From Patescibacteria group bacterium (GTDB lineage Bacteria > Patescibacteriota > Microgenomatia > UBA8517): a stretch of DNA of 34,563 nucleotides. Position 1 is the first letter of the stretch, and each line of letters opens with the position of its first letter. Shown in pieces: positions 1 through 7,585 of the stretch. The notes beneath the pieces are model-generated. The model was given only the letters and a program-made list of their open reading frames with translations. It was not told where the DNA came from and ran no database searches. Location: the NCBI GenBank assembly GCA_018826545.1, contig JAHKAL010000050.1, positions 1 to 34,563 of the forward strand, given 5' to 3'. A program made the position numbers and the translations under genes.

Positions 1-1
1 A

Positions 2-457
2 ATCATAGGAGGATTGTCCAAACTACTTGGCTGGAAGACTCCTGAAGAGAAGGAACAAGAAGTTATTAAAATTCTTTTAGATAAAATAAAGGTTAAAATC
101 CCCAAAATATTAATTGATCAGGAAGTTGATAACAGACTCGCACAATTATTAGATAGAATTGAAAAATTAGGCTTAAACTTAGAAAGTTATTTAGCTTCAG
201 TTGGAAAAAATCCGGAAACATTAAGAAAAGAATATGAAGTCCAAGCTTCAAATACTATTACTCTTGACCTTATCCTGCAAAAAATTTCAGTAGAAGAAAA
301 AATAGAGGTTGATGAGAAAGAAATAGAAGGATTAATCAAAGCTAGCTCTGCTAATCCTAAACTTGCTGAATCCCTAAATACGCCTGAACAAAAAAGGTTC
401 ATCAGATCAATAATCTTAAAACGTAAAGCTCTTGAATCATTAGTCTCTCTGTTGTAA
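2..457 (+). CDS. tig: Trigger factor, C-terminal fragment (5' end lies upstream of the window)
   Basis: The frame is open from base 2; the track's M at 14 is an internal TTG. The sequence ...DNRLAQLLDRIEKLGLNLESYLASVGKNPETLRKEYE...ILQKISVEEKIEVDEKEIE resembles the C-terminal arm domain of trigger factor. Confidence 0.75.
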   Translation: MIGGLSKLLGWKTPEEKEQEVIKILLDKIKVKIPKILIDQEVDNRLAQLLDRIEKLGLNLESYLASVGKNPETLRKEYEVQASNTITLDLILQKISVEEKIEVDEKEIEGLIKASSANPKLAESLNTPEQKRFIRSIILKRKALESLVSLL

Positions 458-488
458 ACTACGGCTGAAAACAAACATCCTTTTTTAA

Positions 489-1127
489 ATGGATAAAAAC
501 CAAAAGCCAAAATCAGGAAAAAATATAAAAAGAGTAAACATTCTTGAAAGTCTCAAAGATGTAGGTAATACTGCTCAAAAAAGCATTAAGGAAGATCTTC
601 TTAAAGGAACCTCCGAAGAATTTATTAAACAGCTTTTTGGACAAAAAGAAGAAAAAAAATATTCAGGGGAAATTATTCCTGGCGAAACACTAGAACTAAA
701 TGAAGTATATACAGGCCAAAGACAACAAAACGAAAAATTAAGAAAACAAATTTCATTTGAAAGAAAACTTTCAAGTGAACAAAAAAACCAAAGTGATAAA
801 CAGTTAAATGAATTAAGAATTCAACTTCACGCTTTGATGCAGGAAGTAGGGGAACTCGCTAAAGTTACACAAAATATTGGTCAGGACATAGAAGTAGCCT
901 CAATGCAGGTTACAGCTAATCCAGGAGTATATCACATAGTATTTTTTGAAAAATTATTAGAATTTATTAAAACCTTCAGAAGAAAAATTGAAAATGCAGA
1001 TGTTTGGCTTCAAGCCTCCAACAAAAGAGTTAATAGAAAAGATTTCTGGGGAACTTTTACAAGTAAAAGGGGAGGAACAAAGTTTCTTCTCTCTTCAGAA
1101 CACTATGTTTCAAGATCGGCAGGTTAA
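489..1127 (+). CDS. Hypothetical protein, Lys/Glu/Gln-rich with predicted coiled coil
   Basis: ATG ORF starting 31 nt after the tig stop. It has a charged, low-complexity N-terminal part, a heptad-like stretch (QLNELRIQLHALMQEVGELAKVTQNIG) and a more hydrophobic C-terminal third. No family was recognised by eye. Confidence 0.55.
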   Translation: MDKNQKPKSGKNIKRVNILESLKDVGNTAQKSIKEDLLKGTSEEFIKQLFGQKEEKKYSGEIIPGETLELNEVYTGQRQQNEKLRKQISFERKLSSEQKNQSDKQLNELRIQLHALMQEVGELAKVTQNIGQDIEVASMQVTANPGVYHIVFFEKLLEFIKTFRRKIENADVWLQASNKRVNRKDFWGTFTSKRGGTKFLLSSEHYVSRSAG

Positions 1128-1130
1128 GTT

Positions 1131-2444
1131 TTAAAACCAGGGAGCATAGATTTGATCAAGTTTTTCTCTTGCTTTTTTACCATTTTCTAGATCTATTGGA
1201 GTTAAAAGATCACCGGTTTGATCTCTTTTTCCCTGCAGCTCATCATTAAACACACTTTGTAAAATACCTAAGTTCCTTGCTTCATTCTCAAATCTAAAAG
1301 TTTCAATTATTTTAGTCTTACCATTTTCTCTATCACAAAGCTTTATTTCTTTTACGGGAGCAAATTTTACTGCATTTCCAACAAATGCCATACCTACAAT
1401 TTCACCATTCCTAATACTTTCAACTGATACCGGATATTCTTTTACTCCCATTAAATTATTTTTAGCAATTTTTAAAATATATTCTCTTGTAGTTCCACCT
1501 AAAATATTTGTATCCATGGGAGAAATTACAATATTGCCATCTCTATCTTCAAAAATAATATCCTCACCAGGACCATCAGCAAGCACTCCTCTTTCAGAAA
1601 GAATCTTTCTTCCTTCAGAAGTATCGGAATTTACGTATATCTTTTGACCTTCTTGGTCAATAACATAAGGACCAAAAATTATACTTTCATCACAACCAGT
1701 TTTTCTTGCAATGCTACTTGCAACACCAGCTGATCCATAATTTCCTGCATGCTTACCAACAATTTTTTGTTTTCTTTGTTGATTTAAAAACAAAGCAGCA
1801 CTTGCCCCTTCTGAGTAAACTTTTTCAGGTAAATAAAAAGGCCAACTCCAAATAATATTGTCTAAAGACATTCCATCTTCTGCTTTAGGACAAATTCCAA
1901 AATTTCCCAATCTCATTGCAGCAGGTCTAACATATGCTCTTGTTGGAATTTTCTTCTGAGTATTAGGATCTATCGTTTCTAAAACATCTTTTCCTAAAAT
2001 TGATGCATGATCAATTATTGCTTGTGGGAAAATATCAATTTCCAAAGGCAAATTTAACATTAATGAGTTAATTGATCTTTTAAACCTTTGCATTCTCTGC
2101 TTAAACAAAATTAAATTACCCCCAACAACTTCATTAGAACTATTAGTAACAGGTTCTATGCTTATTCCTTCAAACGCCAGATGTGAATAGTGTGCACCTG
2201 GAGTTTGGGGATAGCGCATATTAAGTTCATGCCATGAAGGAACAATTGCTAATTTATTTAAAGATCCTACCCAAGTAAGTACGTATTTACATGATTTTCC
2301 CCATATACTTTCTATTTCTTTTTTCATTCGAAGCTCATATGGGGTGGGTTTTTCTTTAATTAATTCTAGCGGAACTAAATATTGATGCAGCCTATCTACA
2401 ACCGTTCTTTCTCTTTCTTCAAAATCAATTTCTGGAAATGCCAT
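1131..2444 (-). CDS. Fold-type IV PLP aminotransferase, branched-chain aminotransferase-like (long, divergent form)
   Basis: Motif order matches BCAT/IlvE-type enzymes: HYSHLAFEGI, LILFKQRMQRFKRS, AYVRPAA, the candidate catalytic Lys context VGKHAGNYGS, ILGGTTREYILKIA and FVGNAVKFAPVKEI. At 437 aa it is longer than typical BCATs. Confidence 0.55.
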   Translation of the reverse strand: MAFPEIDFEERERTVVDRLHQYLVPLELIKEKPTPYELRMKKEIESIWGKSCKYVLTWVGSLNKLAIVPSWHELNMRYPQTPGAHYSHLAFEGISIEPVTNSSNEVVGGNLILFKQRMQRFKRSINSLMLNLPLEIDIFPQAIIDHASILGKDVLETIDPNTQKKIPTRAYVRPAAMRLGNFGICPKAEDGMSLDNIIWSWPFYLPEKVYSEGASAALFLNQQRKQKIVGKHAGNYGSAGVASSIARKTGCDESIIFGPYVIDQEGQKIYVNSDTSEGRKILSERGVLADGPGEDIIFEDRDGNIVISPMDTNILGGTTREYILKIAKNNLMGVKEYPVSVESIRNGEIVGMAFVGNAVKFAPVKEIKLCDRENGKTKIIETFRFENEARNLGILQSVFNDELQGKRDQTGDLLTPIDLENGKKAREKLDQIYAPWF

Positions 2445-2453
2445 TAGGAACCA

Positions 2454-2482
2454 ATAGTATTAATTTTCTTTCACAAAGTCAA
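2454..2482 (-). promoter_or_regulatory. Candidate sigma70-type promoter of the aminotransferase gene
   Basis: On the minus strand: TTGACT (2482-2477), 17 nt spacer, TACTAT (2459-2454). The ATG at 2444 follows after 9 nt with no Shine-Dalgarno. Confidence 0.35.
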
Positions 2483-2627
2483 TTCTTACTTTTTTACAAA
2501 AAATGATAAATAATAACAAAATATGAACTTAAACATTCTTACAATTAAATGGATTTACCGTTTTCATTGCGGGGATCCTTTGTTTGCAAGAAATTAAATA
2601 AAGTTTTTAAAAAATAAACAAAGGACA

Positions 2628-2652
2628 CCTCCTAAAAAACAGGAGGTTTTTT
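2628..2652 (+). terminator. Rho-independent terminator-like hairpin (+ strand)
   Basis: CCTCCT (2628-2633), loop AAAAAAC, AGGAGG (2641-2646), then TTTTTT (2647-2652). The T-run is present only in the + orientation. Confidence 0.5.
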
Positions 2653-2762
2653 AATTTAAATGGATAAAAATAAACAGCTAAAACAATTACTTGAGCTTTT
2701 AAAAATAAAAAGTATTTCTACTAACCCTACAGGATTGTACTCCAAAAAGAATTCTAGATAAC

Positions 2763-2791
2763 TTGAGAGGAAAGGGAGGATAAGATATAAT
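2763..2791 (+). promoter_or_regulatory. Promoter of tRNA-Val
   Basis: TTGAGA (2763-2768), 17 nt spacer, perfect TATAAT (2786-2791). It ends 10 nt before the mature tRNA 5' end. Confidence 0.5.
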
Positions 2792-2801
2792 TTGTAAATC
2801 T

Positions 2802-2875
2802 GGACGCTTAGCTCAGTTGGTCAGAGCGCTTACTTGACGTGTAAGAGGTCGGGGGTTCGAGCCCCTCAGCGTCCA
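2802..2875 (+). tRNA. tRNA-Val (anticodon GAC), CCA not encoded
   Basis: Cloverleaf read by hand: acceptor GGACGCT/AGCGTCC, D arm GCTC/GAGC, anticodon arm CTTAC-TTGACGT-GTAAG, T arm GGGGG-TTCGAGC-CCCTC, discriminator A. It is followed by CAAAA, not CCA. Confidence 0.9.
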
Positions 2876-2886
2876 CAAAAAAGTAA

Positions 2887-3498
2887 TTATATGATTTTTT
2901 CTAACTGCTTTTGTAAACTTATCTGAAGTTTTTTCCCTTCTTTCCTTACATCTGCAAGTTCATTTTTATTTAATTGATTAAACACTTTTTTATGTTTTGG
3001 ATAATACCAAATATGACCCATCCAACGATATTTTGGAATATTATTATCAATTAAATCTTTAGCTATGAATCCCTTATCTGTTATTTCTTCCTTTGACCAA
3101 ATCACTTTACCATTTTTAGCAAGTGCTAAAGCCAGATGATAAATAACTTTTCTTTCTTCTCCTTTTAAGTCTTTCATTAGATTAAGAAGAAACTTTGCTT
3201 TAACCAAATCTGAATTATTCTCTCCCACAGTTCTTTGATTTTTTAAAATATCCCATTTATTACCAAGTCCTGGAATATTGATCCCACCATCTGAAGCTAA
3301 TACATAATAATCAGTTAATTTGGAAAATTCTTTTGCCTTCTTTTTGGCATTTTTAATTAAAGAAGATTCATTCTCTTCTACTTTGACATTTATACTTAAT
3401 TCATCCAAAGAGTGAATATTGAGCTTTAGATTTTTTCCTAAAAACCAAATCATCTCTCCTTTTTTATATGCATTTCTTGTTCCAATTAAAATATCCAT
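2887..3498 (-). CDS. Ham1/RdgB-like non-canonical NTP pyrophosphatase (divergent)
   Basis: The N-terminal GTRNAYKKGEM fits the T-x-N-x-x-K-x-x-E motif of the ITPase family. ASDGGINIPGLG aligns with the SDDSGL region. The C-terminal half is not recognisably canonical. Confidence 0.5.
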   Translation of the reverse strand: MDILIGTRNAYKKGEMIWFLGKNLKLNIHSLDELSINVKVEENESSLIKNAKKKAKEFSKLTDYYVLASDGGINIPGLGNKWDILKNQRTVGENNSDLVKAKFLLNLMKDLKGEERKVIYHLALALAKNGKVIWSKEEITDKGFIAKDLIDNNIPKYRWMGHIWYYPKHKKVFNQLNKNELADVRKEGKKLQISLQKQLEKII

Positions 3499-3548
3499 AA
3501 GTAAATGGTAGTAATTCTAGTTACACAAGTAAAGACTTATATAAAATT

Positions 3549-3557
3549 TGATATAAT
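3549..3557 (+). promoter_or_regulatory. Extended -10 promoter element upstream of tRNA-Ala
   Basis: TGaTATAAT (3549-3557) lies 12 nt before the tRNA 5' end. No good -35 was found. Confidence 0.35.
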
Positions 3558-3569
3558 TACAGCTTATAA

Positions 3570-3642
3570 GGGCCCATAGCTCAGTTGGTAGAGCGTACGC
3601 ATGGCATGCGCAAGGTCGCCGGTTCGAACCCGGCTGGGTCCA
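3570..3642 (+). tRNA. tRNA-Ala (anticodon GGC), CCA not encoded
   Basis: Acceptor GGGCCCA/TGGGTCC includes the G3:U70 alanine identity pair. D arm GCTC/GAGC, anticodon loop ATGGCAT, T arm GCCGG-TTCGAAC-CCGGC, discriminator A. There is one A:C mismatch in the anticodon stem. Confidence 0.9.
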
Positions 3643-3703
3643 CAAGTAATTGCCTTAATTAACCCATAAGAGTAAAATAATATATATTCTTTAGGCTTAT
3701 AGG

Positions 3704-3726
3704 CCGCGAACAAGGCGGTTTTTTTT
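3704..3726 (+). terminator. Weak terminator-like element after tRNA-Ala
   Basis: CCGC (3704-3707), 7 nt loop, GCGG (3715-3718), then T8 (3719-3726). The stem is only 4 bp. Confidence 0.3.
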
Positions 3727-3743
3727 ATTTGAAAGGAAAAAAT

Positions 3744-5558
3744 ATGGATATTAGAAATGTTGCAATTATTGCTCATGTTGACCACGGAAAAACAACTCTC
3801 GTGGATGCTCTGCTTAGACAATCTCATACTACTCTAAAAAAAGATTTAAAAGACACCAAACAAATAATGGACTCTAATGAATTGGAAAGAGAAAGAGGAA
3901 TCACAATTTTCTCTAAAAATGCTTCTATTGAATATAAAGGTGTAAAAATAAATATTATTGATACTCCGGGACATGCTGATTTTGGTGGAGAAGTAGAAAG
4001 AGTTCTTTCTATGGCAGATGGAGCACTTCTTTTAGTGGATGCAAAAGAAGGGCCAATGCCTCAAACCAGGTTTGTGCTAAAGCAAGCCCTTAAGATGGGC
4101 TTAAAAATTATCGTTGTTGTTAATAAAATTGACAAAAAAGATGCAAGAGTTGATTATGTTGTAGATAAAACATTTGATCTTTTTTTGGAACTTGGTGCTG
4201 ATGAAAACACTGCTTACTTTCCAACACTTTTTGCTGCAGGCAGAGATGGAAAGGCTGGAAAGACTGCGGATTTAGCTAAAATGATTGATATTAATCCAAT
4301 TTTTGAAGCAATATTGCAATATATTCCAGAACCAAAAAGAGATATTAATAAACCTCTTCAGATGAGAATATCAACTTTAGCAAGAGACGACTATAAAGGA
4401 AGAATTGCTATTGGAAAAATTCAGAACGGTACTATCTCTGATGGAGAAGACATCGCCCACATTGATAGAAAAGGACAAATTTCAAATTTTAAAATTACTT
4501 CTCTAGCAACATTTACTGGTCTTGAAAAAACATACGTCAAAAAAGCAGAAGCTGGAGATATTGTAGCTATTTCAGGAATTCCCGATATAACAATTGGAGA
4601 AACAATTGCAGATCTTTTAAGTCCCGTAGCTCTTCCACTCCTTAATATCGAAGAGCCTACTGTAAAAATGATTTTTATGGTCAATAATTCCCCTTTTGGA
4701 GGAAAAGAAGGGGAGTTTAAAACCTCAAGTCAATTAAGGGCCAGACTCTTTAAAGAAATCGAAACTGATGTTGCTTTAAAAGTGGAGGAGAATGCAAATG
4801 GAACTTGGACTGTCTCTGGACGCGGTGAACTTCATTTGGCAATTCTGATAGAAAGAATAAGAAGAGAAGGTTTTGAATTACAAGTCTCAAGACCCCATGT
4901 AATTACAAAAACTATTAACGGAAAACTTCATACTCCTTATGAAAAGGTATTTATCGAAGTACCAGAAAAATACTCTGGAATAGTTATCCAAAAAATGGGC
5001 CAAAGACACGCAGAACTTGTTAATATGAACAATGAAGAAAATACAGTCTATTTGGAATTTATCGTTTCAACTAAAGAGCTCATTGGTTTTAGATCCGAAT
5101 TTATAACAGACACAAAAGGCCTAGGAATCATTAACACAATTTTCCATGAATTTTTTCCTGACGATGGATTTGAAAGAAAAAGAGAAAGAGGATCTTTAGT
5201 AGCTCATGAAACTGGAATAACAAGACTCTATGGACTAGTAAGTATCCAAGACAGAGGAGAGTTGTTTATTGGACCAAATGTAAATGTTTATAAAGGCCAA
5301 ATTGTCGGTCAAAACTCCAGGTCTGAAGATATTATAGTTAATGTTTGCAAAGAAAAACAATTATCCAATATGAGATCAAAAGGTGAAGGTGTAATGGAAC
5401 ACGCTAATACTCCAAAAGTAATGAGCTTGGAAAACTCTTTAGAATATATTGATGATAATGAACTGGTTGAGGTAACTCCTAAAAGCGTAAGGATGAGAAA
5501 AATAGTTTTGGATAAAGTAGAAGAGAAAAAAAGATTAAAACTTCTTAAACATAAATAA
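3744..5558 (+). CDS. typA: Translational GTPase TypA/BipA
   Basis: G1 AHVDHGKTT, G3 DTPGHADF, G4 NKID, and an EF-G-like multidomain length. ATG 3744 has the SD AAAGGA 6 nt upstream, so it is preferred over the track's TTG at 3729. Confidence 0.95.
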   Translation: MDIRNVAIIAHVDHGKTTLVDALLRQSHTTLKKDLKDTKQIMDSNELERERGITIFSKNASIEYKGVKINIIDTPGHADFGGEVERVLSMADGALLLVDAKEGPMPQTRFVLKQALKMGLKIIVVVNKIDKKDARVDYVVDKTFDLFLELGADENTAYFPTLFAAGRDGKAGKTADLAKMIDINPIFEAILQYIPEPKRDINKPLQMRISTLARDDYKGRIAIGKIQNGTISDGEDIAHIDRKGQISNFKITSLATFTGLEKTYVKKAEAGDIVAISGIPDITIGETIADLLSPVALPLLNIEEPTVKMIFMVNNSPFGGKEGEFKTSSQLRARLFKEIETDVALKVEENANGTWTVSGRGELHLAILIERIRREGFELQVSRPHVITKTINGKLHTPYEKVFIEVPEKYSGIVIQKMGQRHAELVNMNNEENTVYLEFIVSTKELIGFRSEFITDTKGLGIINTIFHEFFPDDGFERKRERGSLVAHETGITRLYGLVSIQDRGELFIGPNVNVYKGQIVGQNSRSEDIIVNVCKEKQLSNMRSKGEGVMEHANTPKVMSLENSLEYIDDNELVEVTPKSVRMRKIVLDKVEEKKRLKLLKHK

Positions 5559-5570
5559 GAATAAACTTTC

Positions 5571-5599
5571 TTGACTTTTTTTTTAGGAAAAAGGATAAT
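5571..5599 (+). promoter_or_regulatory. Promoter of the thrS leader
   Basis: TTGACT (5571-5576), 17 nt spacer, GATAAT (5594-5599). It would give a leader of about 150 nt before thrS. Confidence 0.55.
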
Positions 5600-5618
5600 A
5601 AAGTACAATATTTAAAAT

Positions 5619-5750
5619 CTTTGCATTTGTATATAAGACTAACCACTCATAAAGCAAAGACGCGAGAAACTGCGAAATGTCTGGAATTAAGCGTCAAAGT
5701 AGGATGGAACCACCCAAGACTTGGGTTCCTACAGAAAGGACGCTTTTTTT
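5619..5750 (+). promoter_or_regulatory. Structured thrS leader: T-box-like antiterminator motif plus U-tract terminator
   Basis: Hairpin 1 is CTTTGC(a)TTTGT / ATAAAGCAAAG (5619-5659) with loop AUAUAAGACUAACCACUC carrying Thr codons. A second small hairpin spans 5659-5681. The third element is GTAGGA-[TGGAACC]-ACCCAA-GAC-TTGGGT-TCCTAC (5699-5732), nested in AAGCGTC/GACGCTT (5689-5695 / 5739-5745) and followed by a T-run ending at 5750. Confidence 0.45.
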
Positions 5751-5758
5751 ATTAAAAA

Positions 5759-7504
5759 ATGGATAATAAATTAGAAAACATTAGACACTCATGTAGTCAT
5801 TTAATGGCTGCAGCCGTAAAAGAACTTTACCCCAAAGCTCTTCCTACCATTGGCCCAGTCATTGAAAATGGTTTTTATTATGATTTTGATTTTGTAAAAA
5901 CCAAAATCTCCGATCAAGATCTAATAAAAATCGAAAAGAAAATGAAAGAACTTCTTCCCAAATGGACTTCTTTTGAAAAAGTAGAAATGAGTTTAGCTGA
6001 AGCTAAAAAAATATATAAAGACAATCCTTACAAACTTGAACTTATTAAAGAGCTTAGTGAAAAGAAAGAAAAAATAACTTTTTATGAATCTGGTAAATTT
6101 TTAGATCTTTGCCACGGAGGCCATAGTGAAAATCCAAGTAAAGAATTAAAGCACTTTAAACTTCTTTCTATCGCAGGAGCCTATTGGAGAGGAAATGAAA
6201 AAAATAAAATGCTCACAAGAATATATGGAACTTGTTTTGAAAATAAAGAAGAATTGGAAAATTATTTAAAACAATTAAAAGAAGCCAAAAAAAGAGATCA
6301 TAGAATACTAGGTCCAAAATTAAACCTTTTTATAATTCATAAAGATATCGGACGCGGTCTTCCACTTTTAACTCCCAAAGGAACAGTAATTAGAAATGAA
6401 ATAATCAAATATGAAAGAGAATTGGAAAGAGAAAATGGTTTTGAAGAAGTTTGGACTCCTCATATTGCTAAAAGTGATCTTTATAAAAGAACTGGCCACT
6501 GGCAACACTACCGAGATGTAATGTATGAACCTTTTGGAATTGATAATGAAACCTATGTGTTAAAACCAATGAATTGCCCACACCACTATATGATTTATTC
6601 AAGTGTACAAAGAAGTTACAAAGATCTTCCCATAAGGCTTACCGAACCTGGTACATGCTATAGATATGAAAAGAGCGGAGAATTGGGGGGTTTAATTAGG
6701 GTCAGAGCCTTAACTGTAGATGATTCGCATATATTAATGAGAGAAGATCAAATTGACCAAGAATTTGATACATGCATAGAAATGGTAAAGAAAATGTTTA
6801 AGGCATTTGGTCTTACAGACTTTTATGTCAGACTCTCTTTGAGTGATCCTGATGATAACGCTAAATACATTGCAGATCCAAAAGTCTGGAAAGAAGCAGG
6901 AAACAAACTTGAGAAAATTGTCAAAAGAAACAAACTTAAATACGTCACAATTAAAGGTGAGGCTTCTTTTTATGGGCCGAAAATTGATTTTATGGTCAAA
7001 GATGCTATTGGAAGAGAGTGGCAAATGAGCACACTTCAGCTTGATCTTTTTATGGCTAAAAAATTAGATTTAATCTATATTTCAGAGAATGGTTCAAAAG
7101 CTTACCCAGCCATACTTCACAGAGGTTTAACCGGTTCTCTTGAAAGAACAATTGGTATTTTAATAGAACAATATGAAGCAAATTTTCCAACATGGCTTTC
7201 ACCAGTCCAAGTATCAATTCTTCCGATATCTGAAAAAGTAAAGGATTATTCCCGAAAAGTTTATGAAAAACTATTTAAGGAAAACATAAGAGTTGAATTT
7301 AATAGTGATGGAGAACCATTGGGGGCAAAGATAAGAAAAGCTCAAATGGAAAAGGTTCCTTATATGATAATAGTAGGAGAAAGAGAAGAAAAAAATAACA
7401 AAATTTCAGTAAGGACAAGATCAGGCAAAGACCTGGGACAAATGGATTTGGATAAATTTATTCAAAATATAAGCCAAGAAATTGATGAAAAGAAAATTAA
7501 TTGA
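5759..7504 (+). CDS. thrS: Threonyl-tRNA synthetase (short form, no N-terminal TGS domain)
   Basis: It starts at the editing-domain motif HSCSHLMAAAV. Class II core motifs follow (YVLKPMNCPHH, RVRALTVDDSHI, FYGPKIDF), then a C-terminal anticodon-binding domain. It is 581 aa. Confidence 0.95.
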   Translation: MDNKLENIRHSCSHLMAAAVKELYPKALPTIGPVIENGFYYDFDFVKTKISDQDLIKIEKKMKELLPKWTSFEKVEMSLAEAKKIYKDNPYKLELIKELSEKKEKITFYESGKFLDLCHGGHSENPSKELKHFKLLSIAGAYWRGNEKNKMLTRIYGTCFENKEELENYLKQLKEAKKRDHRILGPKLNLFIIHKDIGRGLPLLTPKGTVIRNEIIKYERELERENGFEEVWTPHIAKSDLYKRTGHWQHYRDVMYEPFGIDNETYVLKPMNCPHHYMIYSSVQRSYKDLPIRLTEPGTCYRYEKSGELGGLIRVRALTVDDSHILMREDQIDQEFDTCIEMVKKMFKAFGLTDFYVRLSLSDPDDNAKYIADPKVWKEAGNKLEKIVKRNKLKYVTIKGEASFYGPKIDFMVKDAIGREWQMSTLQLDLFMAKKLDLIYISENGSKAYPAILHRGLTGSLERTIGILIEQYEANFPTWLSPVQVSILPISEKVKDYSRKVYEKLFKENIRVEFNSDGEPLGAKIRKAQMEKVPYMIIVGEREEKNNKISVRTRSGKDLGQMDLDKFIQNISQEIDEKKIN

Positions 7505-7585
7505 AACGCTTCTTACCAATAAACTTGAGATCAATCTTTGCATATTGCAGTTCGAGGCTATTTTAGATAAAATTCTAATCAGAAG

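Noticed and set aside
484-499. 16-nt exact repeat TTTAAATGGATAAAAA at 484-499 and 2655-2670; ATGGATAAAAATAAA also occurs at the alternative pilin start near 25316
   Set aside because: Each copy spans a start codon and encodes MDKN. The repeat is short and AT/Lys-Asn-codon rich and has no flanking similarity. It is most simply a shared translation-start context rather than a mobile or regulatory repeat.
187-510. 107-aa minus-strand ORF, together with the other short antisense or alternate-frame track ORFs (4421-4684, 5309-5608, 6734-7024, 6843-7028, 9138-9326, 9898-10098, 10538-10798, 11830-12078, 12484-12678, 12987-13247, 13736-14002, 14499-14684, 15328-15537, 17272-17624, 17803-18045, 18344-18571, 19430-19624, 19686-19949, 21146-21343, 23161-23373, 25362-25631, 26167-26358, 26433-26699, 26486-26689, 27477-27755, 28252-28437, 29163-29354, 29733-30133, 33125-33313)
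   Set aside because: All are nested within, or antisense to, genes with strong family evidence. All lack start signals and give low-complexity translations.
3564-3827. 87-aa minus-strand ORF from the track
   Set aside because: It lies antisense over tRNA-Ala (3570-3642) and the typA start. It is an artefact of the open frame across the tRNA gene.
5621-5755. Thr-codon-containing leader ORF (TTG start, MHLYIRLTTHKAKTRETAK...) as a thr-type peptide attenuator for thrS
   Set aside because: It has no ATG and no SD, and only 4 scattered Thr among 44 codons. The ORF runs through the terminator. A ribosome stalled at these Thr codons would mask the GACGC anti-terminator segment and so favour termination under starvation, which is the wrong regulatory sign. 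The T-box-like reading fits better.
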